Assembly (NCBI GenBank): GCA_965216875.1
Contig: OZ244207.1
Span: 5,024,001 to 5,088,000 of the forward strand
Origin: Rubripirellula sp.
GTDB taxonomy: Bacteria; Planctomycetota; Planctomycetia; Pirellulales; Pirellulaceae
DNA length: 64,000 nt
Direction: 5' to 3'
Below the pieces are notes generated by a model that was not told the DNA's origin, did not search any database, and worked only from the letters and a program-made list of their open reading frames with translations. A program made the translations under genes and the position numbers. Each line of letters begins with the position of its first letter. Position 1 is the first letter of the stretch. Below are positions 51,529 through 61,552 of this stretch, piece by piece.

Positions 51529-51857
51529 ATTTTGCTTTTCCACCCGCAGCAGATTCCTGAGTTCCTTGTTTGTCGAGCCCCAGGGTCCGAACCCTGAATG
51601 CCTCACAGCTGCAGCACTCACACCTGAGCCGCCGAGTTGGTCAATCCAACCAACTTCGTTCCCTGCTTTAGCACCTCGACAAGGGTTGGCCACATTTTTT
51701 AGTCTGGGCCAATCCGCTATTTTATCAGGCCAGAGAGGAAAGGCGATGCCACATCACCATCTTTCATAACTTTGAATGTCTCGTTTTTCCCAGGTGAACT
51801 CGCCCACAATCTCTTTCTACACGTATTTTTAACGAGCCGAAGATCGGAGTCTCCGCG

Positions 51858-52220
51858 ATGCCCAAATTGACCGTCAAAGACGTTGGTGAATTCGAAGTCC
51901 CTGCAGGCAAACGGCTTGTACAAGCACTCGTTGACGATGCTGGCACCGATCAATTGCACGCTTGCGGCGGATTTGCTCGCTGCACGACCTGCCGCGTCAA
52001 AATCACCGAAGGTGAGCCGGACAAGATGACCGAGGCGGAAAAGGAGACGCTCCGAGCTCGCGAAGTGACCGAGCCGGGCGTTCGCCTGAGCTGCCAAATC
52101 GCTTGCGATGCTGACATGTCCGTCGAGGTGATCAGTCGTCTCGAGGGGAGCGGCCGCAAAGATCAAGGATCGGCCGTTGCGGACAGCATCGAACCCGAAC
52201 CAGTATGGACCACCAAGTGA
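51858..52220 (+). CDS. 2Fe-2S ferredoxin
   Basis: CGGFARCTTC...RLSCQ; GGAG SD. Confidence 0.9.
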   Translation: MPKLTVKDVGEFEVPAGKRLVQALVDDAGTDQLHACGGFARCTTCRVKITEGEPDKMTEAEKETLRAREVTEPGVRLSCQIACDADMSVEVISRLEGSGRKDQGSAVADSIEPEPVWTTK

Positions 52221-52238
52221 TCGACGCAGATTCGGTGG

Positions 52239-53228
52239 CTAGAACTGCTTGAACCACTCGAGCATCACTTGGTCCATCCAATACTGGCGACCTCGTCCAA
52301 TGAAGCCGACGTGCCCCCCTTTGGGTGACACAACCAATTGCGTGCTGTCGGGCCACGCGACTTCGCCATCGGTGAAACACGCGATGGGGACCATCGGGTC
52401 ATCGGCCGACGTCAACACGAGCACGGGCACTTTCGTCTCGGCAGCGACATGTTTGGCCGATGCAAAGTCATAGTACTCTGCCGCATCGGCAAACCCGCTC
52501 AGCGGAGCGGTGAACCAATCATCAAGCTCCCGAAGCGTCCTTGGCTTGGAACGTCTGACGATTTCTTGAAAGTCCTCGCGTTCTCGCACGCGTTTGGGTG
52601 CGCGTGACAACAAGATGCGTATGAAGTACGCGTTGTACGGCCTGAGAATCGCCCGTTCCATATTCGAACTGCACCGTTTCAAATCGATGGGGGGCGCAAC
52701 GACCGCTACCCGCTCAAGTCGATTCATCCACTCGGGCGTCGCTTCAGCACCTGATCCGATACGGCCAACCGCTCGCAAGAGTTGGTTGCCCCCAAGCGAC
52801 ACGCCGGTTGCCCCCAACTTGCCGTCTTTGGTCAGGTTGGCAACAAAACCAATGGCTTGGATCACATCCTCGCTGCGACCGGCATGGGTGAGCTGCGCGG
52901 CAAGCTCCGAGGCCGCGCCACACCCTCGCATGTCGACGCGAAAGGCACGCACGCCCCGTCGAAAAAAAGCGTCCGCCAAACGCATCATATAGGGAGATCC
53001 GTGACAGCCGCATAAGCCATGAAACAGGACGATCGACGAATCGCCCGGCTTCCAATCGACCGGACAATCATCGTGCACGACGATCGAGTCGCCGCCGGAA
53101 ACATCGACGACATGTTGGGTCGTCGGCAACTCGATCCCACTGACGGCCCTGACCGAAGCGATCGTTTGCAGGTGTCCGCCGCGAAACAGCAGATGTTGAC
53201 GAAAAGGGGGTGGCTGAAAATGACTCAT
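52239..53228 (-). CDS. YheT-family alpha/beta hydrolase
   Basis: GGHLQT, HGLCG, RGCG, GVSLGGN, DDPMV and GGHVGF. Confidence 0.9.
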   Translation of the reverse strand: MSHFQPPPFRQHLLFRGGHLQTIASVRAVSGIELPTTQHVVDVSGGDSIVVHDDCPVDWKPGDSSIVLFHGLCGCHGSPYMMRLADAFFRRGVRAFRVDMRGCGAASELAAQLTHAGRSEDVIQAIGFVANLTKDGKLGATGVSLGGNQLLRAVGRIGSGAEATPEWMNRLERVAVVAPPIDLKRCSSNMERAILRPYNAYFIRILLSRAPKRVREREDFQEIVRRSKPRTLRELDDWFTAPLSGFADAAEYYDFASAKHVAAETKVPVLVLTSADDPMVPIACFTDGEVAWPDSTQLVVSPKGGHVGFIGRGRQYWMDQVMLEWFKQF

Positions 53229-53249
53229 GTTTCAGTGTACGATTCACCC
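53229..53249. promoter_or_regulatory. Candidate bidirectional promoter for two leaderless mRNAs
   Basis: Plus strand TACGAT at 53238-53243, 6 nt before ATG 53250; minus strand TACACT at 53239-53234, 5 nt before ATG 53228. Confidence 0.55.
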
Positions 53250-53819
53250 ATGCAAACCATTCGATCCTTTATCGCTGTCCCGCTGGCCGACGACGTCTCA
53301 CGCAGTGCCGTCAACCTGATCGAACGTATCAGGCAACCAAATGATGGTATCAAGTGGGTGCCAACCGACAATCTGCATCTGACTCTAAAATTCCTAGGGG
53401 ACGTCGATAACGTCGAAGTTCCCGACGTTTGTGCTGCGGTGCAAAAGGTCGCAGCCGAGTTTGACCCATTTGAGTTGGTCTTTTCCGGCACGGGCGGATT
53501 CCCCAGTCTCGATCGCCCACGCATTCTGTACGCAGGCATACAGGACGAATCGGGTCGGCTCGTTGAACTGGTCAGCCGGCTGGAAGAAGAGCTCGCCGAT
53601 TTGAGGTTCAAACCTGAACCACGAGACTACCGGCCTCACCTGACCATCGGTCGCACTCGCAGCAATCGAGGACTTGCCGAGTCGGCAGTGGTCGATCGTC
53701 TAAAAGAAAACGCCGAGACCGAGCTCGGCGTCATGGCTGTCGACACGATTCAAATGTTCGCCAGCTTTCTGGACAAAGGTGGCCCGACCTATCAGGTCAT
53801 GGACACGATCTATCTGTAG
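53250..53819 (+). CDS. thpR: RNA 2',3'-cyclic phosphodiesterase (2H family)
   Basis: RSFIA, LHLTLKFLG and PHLTIGR (two HxT motifs). Confidence 0.92.
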   Translation: MQTIRSFIAVPLADDVSRSAVNLIERIRQPNDGIKWVPTDNLHLTLKFLGDVDNVEVPDVCAAVQKVAAEFDPFELVFSGTGGFPSLDRPRILYAGIQDESGRLVELVSRLEEELADLRFKPEPRDYRPHLTIGRTRSNRGLAESAVVDRLKENAETELGVMAVDTIQMFASFLDKGGPTYQVMDTIYL

Positions 53820-53827
53820 GTAGGGAC

Positions 53828-55531
53828 CTACTTCGTCGCGATCTCAAGCGGGATGCTGGCTTGCCCGTACTTTTTGCCGCCGACATCTTCCATCGTCAAC
53901 TGCAACCGATAGGTACCGGGTTCCAGTTGAGCAGGTAGGTGCATTTGGTAGGCGATGAAGTAGTCACGCAAGTAGTTTGCCGATGTTTGAACATCCGCCG
54001 GCAACAGTTGGCTGACGACCTTTTCGTTCTTGTCGTTGAAGATGTCGTAGCTACCCTGCAAGTTGGTTTCAAAACCTTCCGCCGTTTTCGCAACGGTAAA
54101 GTTCTCGACTTCGCAGTACAGAATGACTTGCTGCCCTGGTTCGAATCGATTGCCGGGAAAGGTCTTGATCTGACCATACGATTCGATCGCAGTACAAAAG
54201 GCGAGCGAACGCACATCAAGTGAATCGGTCGCAGCAGCGGCGAATTTCGTTGCCTCGCGTAGTTGCGGAAGCGCTGTGGTGAATCGCCGGCTAGGAACGG
54301 GATGACCTTCCGGGTCAACCATCGTCCAGAGCCCCAACAGTTGGTGACGCAAGTATTCTTGTTCGTGATTCGAAAGGTGCGAGACCTTTTCGACAGCGCC
54401 GTCGGGGTCGCCAGCCAACACCAACAGGTGACGCTGTTTGATCAAACGAGCAGCTCGTTGTGCCTCGGTTTCGCCCGGCGCGGCTTTGGACAAACGTTCG
54501 AGCAATTCGGTGTAGAGTGCCTGGTCCGTCATCTCTCCGACAGCGGGCAAATCAGCCGATGGCGAAGCAACACTTGCTTGTGCGACCATGGCGGCTTGAT
54601 CGTCCGATCGTGCAGCCGAGGCGGGCTGGATGGTTCCTTCAGGCGACGCGTCACTGATCGATTGAACGACCACCGCTTCAAGATCGGAATCGTTTTCACT
54701 TGCCGTCTTGCCATCACCAAGTGCGTCACTCAAACGTGCTTGGGCGGGCTTCTCGGGTTGGATCGATGCCATCTTTTTCTCGACGGCATTGGCCATTTGC
54801 TCGTTTCCGGTAGCCTCTTTGTCCGCTGCGGCCTTTGCGTCCGAAGCAATCCGCTGCGCCGGTGGTTTGGCATCCTTCGCGGTGGGTTCGGGCAGATTCG
54901 GAAGACTGTTGACCGATTCGGCGATCGCGCCATCAACTGGCTTTGGTTGGAACGACTTTTCGGCGTCCGCTTGCATCGACGCCATCAACTGACGCATCGC
55001 CAGCCGCTTGACTTCCTCGGGCTGGTTTTCAAACGCCTTGGACATGTCGTCGGGAGTCATCTCCTCGATCGGTTTGTCCGGCAGCGCCGCGGTTTCTTTT
55101 GCCGACGCTTTCTTTGCTGTCGCTTTCTTGCTCGAAGCCAACTGCGTCATCGGATTCTTATGCGATGGAAAATTCGCGGCGATGGTGTCGCTGTCCGGTC
55201 GTCGGCGCGGTGACGTTGGTTTGGCATTACTTGCCGTTTTCGCAACGTGCGGGTTGTCGTCTTGTTTTTGCCCACGTCCAGTCAGTCCGCCCAGCTTGCT
55301 TCGCAAACTCGCTGCTGCCGACGCTTTCTCTTGTTCGGTCGGGGAATCAGCTTGAGGCTTGTTGACCGCTAATCGCTGCTTCGGTGCTTCGACTTCCGGC
55401 AAACCTGCTTCATCGGGAGTCTTGGACATCTTGACCAAGTTGCCAAGTGGTCGAGTCCCCCGGCATCCAGCCATGGTCGTCGTTGCGGCGACAACAGTGA
55501 TGATCATCCAGTGATAACGGCGAGCGTGCAT
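53828..55531 (-). CDS. Hypothetical lipoprotein with long low-complexity region and C-terminal Ig-like beta domain
   Basis: TTTMAGC lipobox-like signal; C-terminal FC..IESYG...YCEVENF...PGTYRLQLTMED. Confidence 0.75.
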   Translation of the reverse strand: MHARRYHWMIITVVAATTTMAGCRGTRPLGNLVKMSKTPDEAGLPEVEAPKQRLAVNKPQADSPTEQEKASAAASLRSKLGGLTGRGQKQDDNPHVAKTASNAKPTSPRRRPDSDTIAANFPSHKNPMTQLASSKKATAKKASAKETAALPDKPIEEMTPDDMSKAFENQPEEVKRLAMRQLMASMQADAEKSFQPKPVDGAIAESVNSLPNLPEPTAKDAKPPAQRIASDAKAAADKEATGNEQMANAVEKKMASIQPEKPAQARLSDALGDGKTASENDSDLEAVVVQSISDASPEGTIQPASAARSDDQAAMVAQASVASPSADLPAVGEMTDQALYTELLERLSKAAPGETEAQRAARLIKQRHLLVLAGDPDGAVEKVSHLSNHEQEYLRHQLLGLWTMVDPEGHPVPSRRFTTALPQLREATKFAAAATDSLDVRSLAFCTAIESYGQIKTFPGNRFEPGQQVILYCEVENFTVAKTAEGFETNLQGSYDIFNDKNEKVVSQLLPADVQTSANYLRDYFIAYQMHLPAQLEPGTYRLQLTMEDVGGKKYGQASIPLEIATK

Positions 55532-55842
55532 CCTTGCCTCGCGATTTCTTCTTGCTTGGTCCAATTGCCTAAGTGCGACAAAGATCGAAAGCGGCATGCT
55601 TGCTCTCTCGATGGCGTTGCGGATTGCTTGGCCAGTCGCAATAGCGGGCGACATTACGAAATGTCCCACCCCGACCACAACGGCAAACGGTCTTTTGCTA
55701 GCTTTGTTTTTGATTGCGGGTAGGCGAAGGAAGTTGGACTTGGTTTGAAAGCCTTTGAAGGTTTACGATCGCCCAGTTCGCGGCACTCTTCTGTGCCCCA
55801 TGAACCTGCTGCCGCCTTATCGAACCAGCGCAAGGAAGCGTG

Positions 55843-57195
55843 ATGCCTGCCGCCACCTCATCGCCTCGACCAAGATTGATCATTGCCGACGACAATATTC
55901 GCGACATCGGTGGTCACTTTTTTGAACTTGCCACGCTGTTGCTCCGCGGTGGCACGCAACTTGGTTACCAAGGGATTCTGGCGACCAACCAATCGTTCAA
56001 TGAACAACAGGCCGTTGATCCCTCGATCACTCTGTTGCCCACTTTCCAAACTCGACGTTTGGTGCATTGGTCGATGGGTGTCGACGGGAATTCCAAGTGG
56101 CAGCGTGACATCGCTGGCAATCAAATTGGTGGCCCTCATCTTCAAAAGCAGTGGTCGAACTTGAAGGACCGATTGCGGCCAAAAAAATGTCCACAAACAA
56201 TGCTGGCACAGTGGTCCGACGACTTGGCGGGTTTGATCAACAAAGCCAAACCGACGCCAAACGACACGCTCTTGATCAACACCGGTGACGACTTCGCTCT
56301 GTTGGCACTCGCGGCTGCCATGCAAAAGGTCGAGACGCCGCCGCTGCGGATCGATGTGATCTTTCACTTCGCACTCTACGAGTCTGCTCAAACCGATCGT
56401 AAAGAACGTCTGCGTGAGATCGGACGTCAACTACGAGCCTCGTTGAAAAGCCTCTCCAAGCACGACATTCATTTGCACGCCACAACCCGCAAACTTGCTT
56501 CTCAGCTACGCGAAACCGAATGCGGTCATCACATCACAGCCGTTCCGTATCCGACACGACCACGAAAGGTTTGCGTGGGACGCCCAACCGAACCGTACAA
56601 GGCCGTGCTTGCCGGTTTGCCACGAGCAGAGAAGGGGAGGGCAGCGATTGTTGACCTGCTGTCTGCGATCGAGGGGACGCACCTCAAGAACGGGCGGTAC
56701 CAAGTCTCGATGCAAATGCCGGCGCAACGTTGGCAATCGATGATCCCGCCAACACTCCACCGCACCTACACTCGTGCGGTCGAGGGTTCGACCAAAGAAC
56801 CCCTCGAGGTGATGACAAGCAACCTGACCACCGAGCAATACCACCAATGGCTCGACACGGCTGACATCGGATTGTTCCTGTACGATGCCGATCGCTACGT
56901 CGCGCGATGCAGCGGCGTGCTTCTGGAGATGATGATTCGAGGCGTCCCGGTCATCGTCCCTGATGGATGTTGGCTTGCGGATCAGGTTCGTGTCGCGGGT
57001 GGCCACCGTTCGATCGGGTTCATTTACCAAGATCGAAGTGAGATCCCCGACTTGATGAGTCAATTCATTCGGCATCGCGATCGCATCCGCAGCCGCTGCG
57101 TGGAGCACGCGGCCGAGATCGCCAAACGCCACGACGGCGCCAACACGTTGATCAAAATGGGGCACGCGCCTCTCGAGGCGGCCAAAGTCGCCTAG
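55843..57195 (+). CDS. GT-B-type glycosyltransferase
   Basis: GGHFFE at the N-terminus, PRAEKG, ADIGLFLY and SGVLLEMMIRGVPVI. Confidence 0.75.
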   Translation: MPAATSSPRPRLIIADDNIRDIGGHFFELATLLLRGGTQLGYQGILATNQSFNEQQAVDPSITLLPTFQTRRLVHWSMGVDGNSKWQRDIAGNQIGGPHLQKQWSNLKDRLRPKKCPQTMLAQWSDDLAGLINKAKPTPNDTLLINTGDDFALLALAAAMQKVETPPLRIDVIFHFALYESAQTDRKERLREIGRQLRASLKSLSKHDIHLHATTRKLASQLRETECGHHITAVPYPTRPRKVCVGRPTEPYKAVLAGLPRAEKGRAAIVDLLSAIEGTHLKNGRYQVSMQMPAQRWQSMIPPTLHRTYTRAVEGSTKEPLEVMTSNLTTEQYHQWLDTADIGLFLYDADRYVARCSGVLLEMMIRGVPVIVPDGCWLADQVRVAGGHRSIGFIYQDRSEIPDLMSQFIRHRDRIRSRCVEHAAEIAKRHDGANTLIKMGHAPLEAAKVA

Positions 57196-57348
57196 GGCGA
57201 TCCATCTCAAAGTGGGCTCTTGCGACTGCCCATGCATCAGTCGTTTGCACTGAACGCACCAAACGGGCGTTCGAACCAAACGGGCTCTCGAACCGAACTG
57301 GCTCGGGCTCCGTAATGCAAGCGACTTATCAAACGAGCCGGAGACAAC

Positions 57349-58008
57349 GTGATGTCGGAAGCGGACAAGAACGCCAATCAACCGCCCAACGTTTCCGACT
57401 CCGCGGCACCGCAGCCGGAAGAGTCTGCGCAACCGGCGATTCAGTTCCAGCTGTCGACGATCTTCGTGCTGGTTTTGATCTCGGGCATCATGGCGGCGTT
57501 CCTTCAATCGCGGGGTGAAGAGAACATTCCTGCTGCGTTGGCAACCGTGACCGTGATCGCCATTTTTGCGATCGCCGTTGGCTCGTTTCGCCCGCCGCTG
57601 ACGGACCGACTTTTTTGGGGCATCGTCGTCACTGCGATGATGCAAGCGATCTCCGCAGAGGTGGTGTTGCTCGACCGATTTGGTGTCCTCGGTTGGCCCA
57701 TCTGCGCTGGAATTGCTGCAGTCTGTGCCGCTGGCCGCACTACGCTTTACCCTCGGATGATCATTGGAGCGATTCCGGCGGGCATCGCGATGGCGATCTA
57801 TTCGTTGACCTTTGAAGCCCCGGTTCATGCCAAGGCAATGAATGTCGTTTCGGCATCGATCGGCGGCGCGCTCTTGGGCATGTTGATCGAACTGATTCTC
57901 TGGGTCCAAAGTAAACGGATCGTGCCGCAACCAGCGATCGGACTCGCACTCGTCCTTGGCGGCATCGTCTTTGCCGTGACCGCGCCGAAAATCATCCCCG
58001 GCTGGTAG
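57349..58008 (+). CDS. Membrane protein of unknown function
   Basis: QFQLSTIF motif then several TM helices; GGAG SD. Confidence 0.75.
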   Translation: MMSEADKNANQPPNVSDSAAPQPEESAQPAIQFQLSTIFVLVLISGIMAAFLQSRGEENIPAALATVTVIAIFAIAVGSFRPPLTDRLFWGIVVTAMMQAISAEVVLLDRFGVLGWPICAGIAAVCAAGRTTLYPRMIIGAIPAGIAMAIYSLTFEAPVHAKAMNVVSASIGGALLGMLIELILWVQSKRIVPQPAIGLALVLGGIVFAVTAPKIIPGW

Positions 58009-58017
58009 ATCGCGTCG

Positions 58018-58358
58018 GTACGTGCAAGCACAGCCAAAGTAGGGTGCCGTGCTTGCACGCACCTGACCTACCAATTGCGGCCAGACTCTAGACGTCGGTT
58101 CCGATAGTCAAGATTGGTGCGTGCAAGCACACACCCTACATGCCAATGTGAGCGGCAAGGCGTTAGCCGCCGGTTTCTTTTGTTCGGTGATGATCTAGCA
58201 AACGTACCATCGCAAGACCGATTGGAACTAAGCGCTGTACGTGGAAGCACAGTCAAAGTAGGGTGCCGTGCTTGCACGCACCTGACCTACCAAGCGCGGC
58301 CAGACTCTTGACATCGGTTCCGATAGTCAGGATCGGTGCGTGCAAGCACACACCCTAC
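58018..58358. repeat. Duplicated REPIN (family J inverted pairs with near-identical spacer)
   Basis: GTAGGGTGCCGTGCTTGCACGCACC...GGTGCGTGCAAGCACACACCCTAC at 58039-58139 and 58258-58358. Confidence 0.88.
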
Positions 58359-58447
58359 GGAAAGAGAGGGCAACCGCGCGAGGTGTTTCAGCTACACTAT
58401 GACGTCCCGTTGTTGCACCCCGTTGCTTGATGATGCCCAGGATTTGA

Positions 58448-59419
58448 ATGACGCATCTTGCTCCTGAAGTTCGGATGGCGATCATTTTCGTCTTTGTCGC
58501 ACTCTGCACATCAAGCATTTCGTCGATTGCGCTGCAGCGATTTCGGCCCAACCACGATTACAGCGAACTTCGGTTTCGGGTTCGGACCTGGTGGGTCATC
58601 GTTGGCCTCTTCATCGTCTCGCTGGCGATTTCAGAGGGGATGGCGATTTGCTTTTTGGGATTCGTCAGCTACCTGGCGCTGAAAGAATTCCTTTCAATGG
58701 TGCCGACTCGCCGAGCGGATCGTCGTGTCTTGTTCTATGCCTACTTAGCGGTGATCGGCCAGTACTACTTTGCAGCGACCGCTTGGTACGAACTGTTCCT
58801 CATGTTCATCCCGGTGTTGATGTTCATCTGGTTGCCCACGCGGATGTGGATGATCGGGCACACCGACGGCTTTCTCCGAGCCTGTGGGACGTTGCATTGG
58901 GCGTTGATGATTTCAGTCTTCAGCTTGTCCCATGCGGCATTTTTGTTGGTCTTTCCGATTGGCGACGACCCGCGACTGGTGCCGATGTTTCCATCCGCGA
59001 TCGGAAAAAACCATCCTGGTCCCGGCTTGCTGATGTTCTTGATCTTGATCACCGAACTGAACGACATCTTCCAATTCCTGGCGGGCAAGACCCTCGGCAA
59101 GCGACGTGTTGCACCAAACGTCAGCCCCGGCAAAACCTACGCTGGATTCTTGGGTGGGCTGTTCGGTTCGATTGCCGTCGCCGGATGGATTGGTCCCAAG
59201 TTGACGTTCCTCGACTTGCCGACGTCGCTGACGGCCGGCTTGATCATTGCTCTGGCCGGTTTTGCCGGTGACCTTTGCATGTCGGCGTTGAAGCGAGATC
59301 TAAAGATCAAGGACTTTGGGGCAACGCTTCCCGGTCATGGCGGCGTGCTGGATCGAGTCGATTCGCTCGTCTTTACCGCCCCGTTGTTCTTTCACTTTGT
59401 GTCATTCTGTTACGGCTGA
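58448..59419 (+). CDS. Phosphatidate cytidylyltransferase (CdsA/YnbB-like)
   Basis: RVRTWW, NDIFQF..GK, SPGKT and SALKRDLKIKDFG..LPGHGGVLDRVDS. Confidence 0.92.
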   Translation: MTHLAPEVRMAIIFVFVALCTSSISSIALQRFRPNHDYSELRFRVRTWWVIVGLFIVSLAISEGMAICFLGFVSYLALKEFLSMVPTRRADRRVLFYAYLAVIGQYYFAATAWYELFLMFIPVLMFIWLPTRMWMIGHTDGFLRACGTLHWALMISVFSLSHAAFLLVFPIGDDPRLVPMFPSAIGKNHPGPGLLMFLILITELNDIFQFLAGKTLGKRRVAPNVSPGKTYAGFLGGLFGSIAVAGWIGPKLTFLDLPTSLTAGLIIALAGFAGDLCMSALKRDLKIKDFGATLPGHGGVLDRVDSLVFTAPLFFHFVSFCYG

Positions 59420-60069
59420 TGAACCACTTTCTTCGCACACTCTTTTTCGCCTTGATCGTTCGGCCGCTGATGATCGTCGTGCTCGGCACGAACGTTCGTC
59501 GCGTCGAGCAATTGCCCGAAGAAGGTCCAGCGATCATCGTGGCCAATCACAACAGCCACCTTGATGTCTTTGCCTTGATGAACGTGCTGGGATTGAAACG
59601 CCTGCGTCACGTTCGCCCTGTCGCCGCCGCCGACTATTTCCTGACACGCCCTCTGCGCAGTTGGTTTGCGACTCGCATCGTGGGGATCATCCCGATCGAC
59701 CGCAAGAAGACGCGGCGGGAAGATGGCAAACATCCGCTCGAACCCATTTCCGATGTTCTTCGAGAGGGTGGCATCGTGCTGCTATTTCCCGAAGGCACTC
59801 GCGGCGAACCGGAACAACGCGAGTCGTTTCAAACCGGTGTTGCCCACTTGGCCAAGCGTCACCCCGACGTGCCCATCACTCCCGTCTTCATTCACGGCGC
59901 AGGCAAAGCCCTGCCCAAGGGCGAAGGACTGCTGGTCCCTTTCTTTTGCGATCTCTTTGTTGGCGAGCCGATTGAATCTGGCTTGGGCAAGAAAGAGTTT
60001 ATGGAACGTTTGACCGAGTCCATGGACGCACTCGAATCAGAACTTCCTGTGCAGACCTGGACGGACTAG
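59419..60069 (+). CDS. Lysophospholipid acyltransferase (PlsC-like)
   Basis: NHNSHLD and FPEGTR; TGATG coupling with the upstream gene. Confidence 0.92.
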   Translation: MNHFLRTLFFALIVRPLMIVVLGTNVRRVEQLPEEGPAIIVANHNSHLDVFALMNVLGLKRLRHVRPVAAADYFLTRPLRSWFATRIVGIIPIDRKKTRREDGKHPLEPISDVLREGGIVLLFPEGTRGEPEQRESFQTGVAHLAKRHPDVPITPVFIHGAGKALPKGEGLLVPFFCDLFVGEPIESGLGKKEFMERLTESMDALESELPVQTWTD

Positions 60070-60083
60070 TCACCGCTGCTCGA

Positions 60084-60470
60084 TCAAGGCTGATCGATGG
60101 CGTAAGCTTCCACCTCGAACGGGTTTTCACGATATGCATCGCGTCCTCGGACAAACAACACGGCCGAGGCAAGCAAGTAGGCGGGGATGAAGAAAACGCC
60201 CCAGCGCTCATATTGCCGAACGTGAACGCGCTCATGCTCGCGCGTGATGTCGAGAGCAGCTTTGGTTTGGCCAAAGACGACGTGCCCAATGGTCATCGCG
60301 AGCGCAGGCACTGGAAATCGTCGCAGCCCTTCGGCAACCCAAGGGCCATGAATCTCGATCACACCATCAACGAGCCGGAATCGTCCAACGAGCAGCAAGC
60401 CGACGGCGACCGCCATGAGTGTGTTCGGCAGTGCCCAGAGGTACGCAACCGTTCGTGTCACCCATTTCAT
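60084..60470 (-). CDS. Small hypothetical protein with HExxH motif
   Basis: WALPNT; AMTIGHVV; HERVHVRQYERWG; Y.ENPFEVEA. Confidence 0.8.
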   Translation of the reverse strand: MKWVTRTVAYLWALPNTLMAVAVGLLLVGRFRLVDGVIEIHGPWVAEGLRRFPVPALAMTIGHVVFGQTKAALDITREHERVHVRQYERWGVFFIPAYLLASAVLFVRGRDAYRENPFEVEAYAIDQP

Positions 60471-60611
60471 TCGTAGCACTCCAAAACCGAGAACAGCCTG
60501 GAAACGGACACGCGATATTTCGCGTCACCGAACCCAGGCTGTCCTGTTATTCGTCGTGTGTCAACTCGTTTTCTGGCAAGCTCTCCTTTGAACCTGCCAG
60601 ATTCCGTTTGT

Positions 60612-61013
60612 TTACTCAGCAGCGAGTTCTGCTTCTTCGTCTTCGCCTTCGAGATCGAAATCAGCTTCGTCATCGAACTCACCGACTTGCAATTCAGCCA
60701 GTTGCTCTTCGCTCAATTTGACATAACCAAGGCCGCGAATCACTTCCAAGACCTCGCTGCAAGTTGGGAACATGCGTCCCGAATCTCGCTTGTAGTCGTC
60801 CATTGCACGCATGAATTCGATTTCGTCGTTGTTGTAATCGCGTTCGCAAGTGGTCGGATCGATATGACGACGGCGTTGTTTCTTACGGCGAGCCGGGGCC
60901 GCATCACCTTCGTTTTGAACATCGTTATCACCTGCTCGACGATCGCTTCGACGACGGTCGATGGTGATGACGTTTTCTTCTACGGCTTGGTCTGCGGTGT
61001 TCGAAACGGCCAT
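60612..61013 (-). CDS. Hypothetical protein with Arg-rich DRR motifs, a compact C-terminal domain and an acidic tail
   Basis: AAGGA SD; IDRRRSDRR, RRHIDPTTCERDY and EFMRAMDDYKR.SGRMFPT.SEVL. Confidence 0.8.
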   Translation of the reverse strand: MAVSNTADQAVEENVITIDRRRSDRRAGDNDVQNEGDAAPARRKKQRRRHIDPTTCERDYNNDEIEFMRAMDDYKRDSGRMFPTCSEVLEVIRGLGYVKLSEEQLAELQVGEFDDEADFDLEGEDEEAELAAE

Positions 61014-61224
61014 GCTTTTTATCCTTGGAAAGGTGGGAGAGTGTTGCTGGTGTGACGACTCTAGAAGGGTGGCAAAAAAACCTAGCACACCGATTGCGCA
61101 AACCCTGGCAATCACGGCCTCTTTCGGGAACAGAAAAAGCGAAACCGTTAGGCAAGATATCCGGCTGTACCGGTTATGCCGCTCACCTGCAGCCAACCCC
61201 CGTGATTTACGCCAACAAACAGCT

Positions 61225-61525
61225 GTGAGCCGTACGCGCTAGCGTCGGGCCTCACATCATCAGCGCCGTTTGTAGTCCCGCCTTGAGGCGGAAGGGTCCG
61301 AAGATTCCGGCTAAAGCCGGGACCACGAACGTTGTGGCCCGAACGCGATAGACAATTGAGCCGCGAGCGCGTAAGCGGCCGGGCCTTACTCGCCTTCAAC
61401 CTAGCTGCGCGTCGACAAGGGCCCGAGGCCTCACGGCCAGCGGCTCACGGGCACTGCCCAAACTGCGCGTGGTGTGATCGGAAGCCGCCACCGAGCGAAT
61501 CCCACCTTCTGGCGAAGGTAGCTAC
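61225..61525. repeat. Mosaic REP cluster (D, E pair, L pair, C)
   Basis: GTGAGCCGTACGCGCTAGCGTCGGGCC; GTAGTCCCGCC; TTGAGCCGCG; CCCACCTTCTGGCGAAGGTAGCTAC. Confidence 0.82.
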
Positions 61526-61552
61526 GGGGCGGACACGAGAGCGAGAGATATG

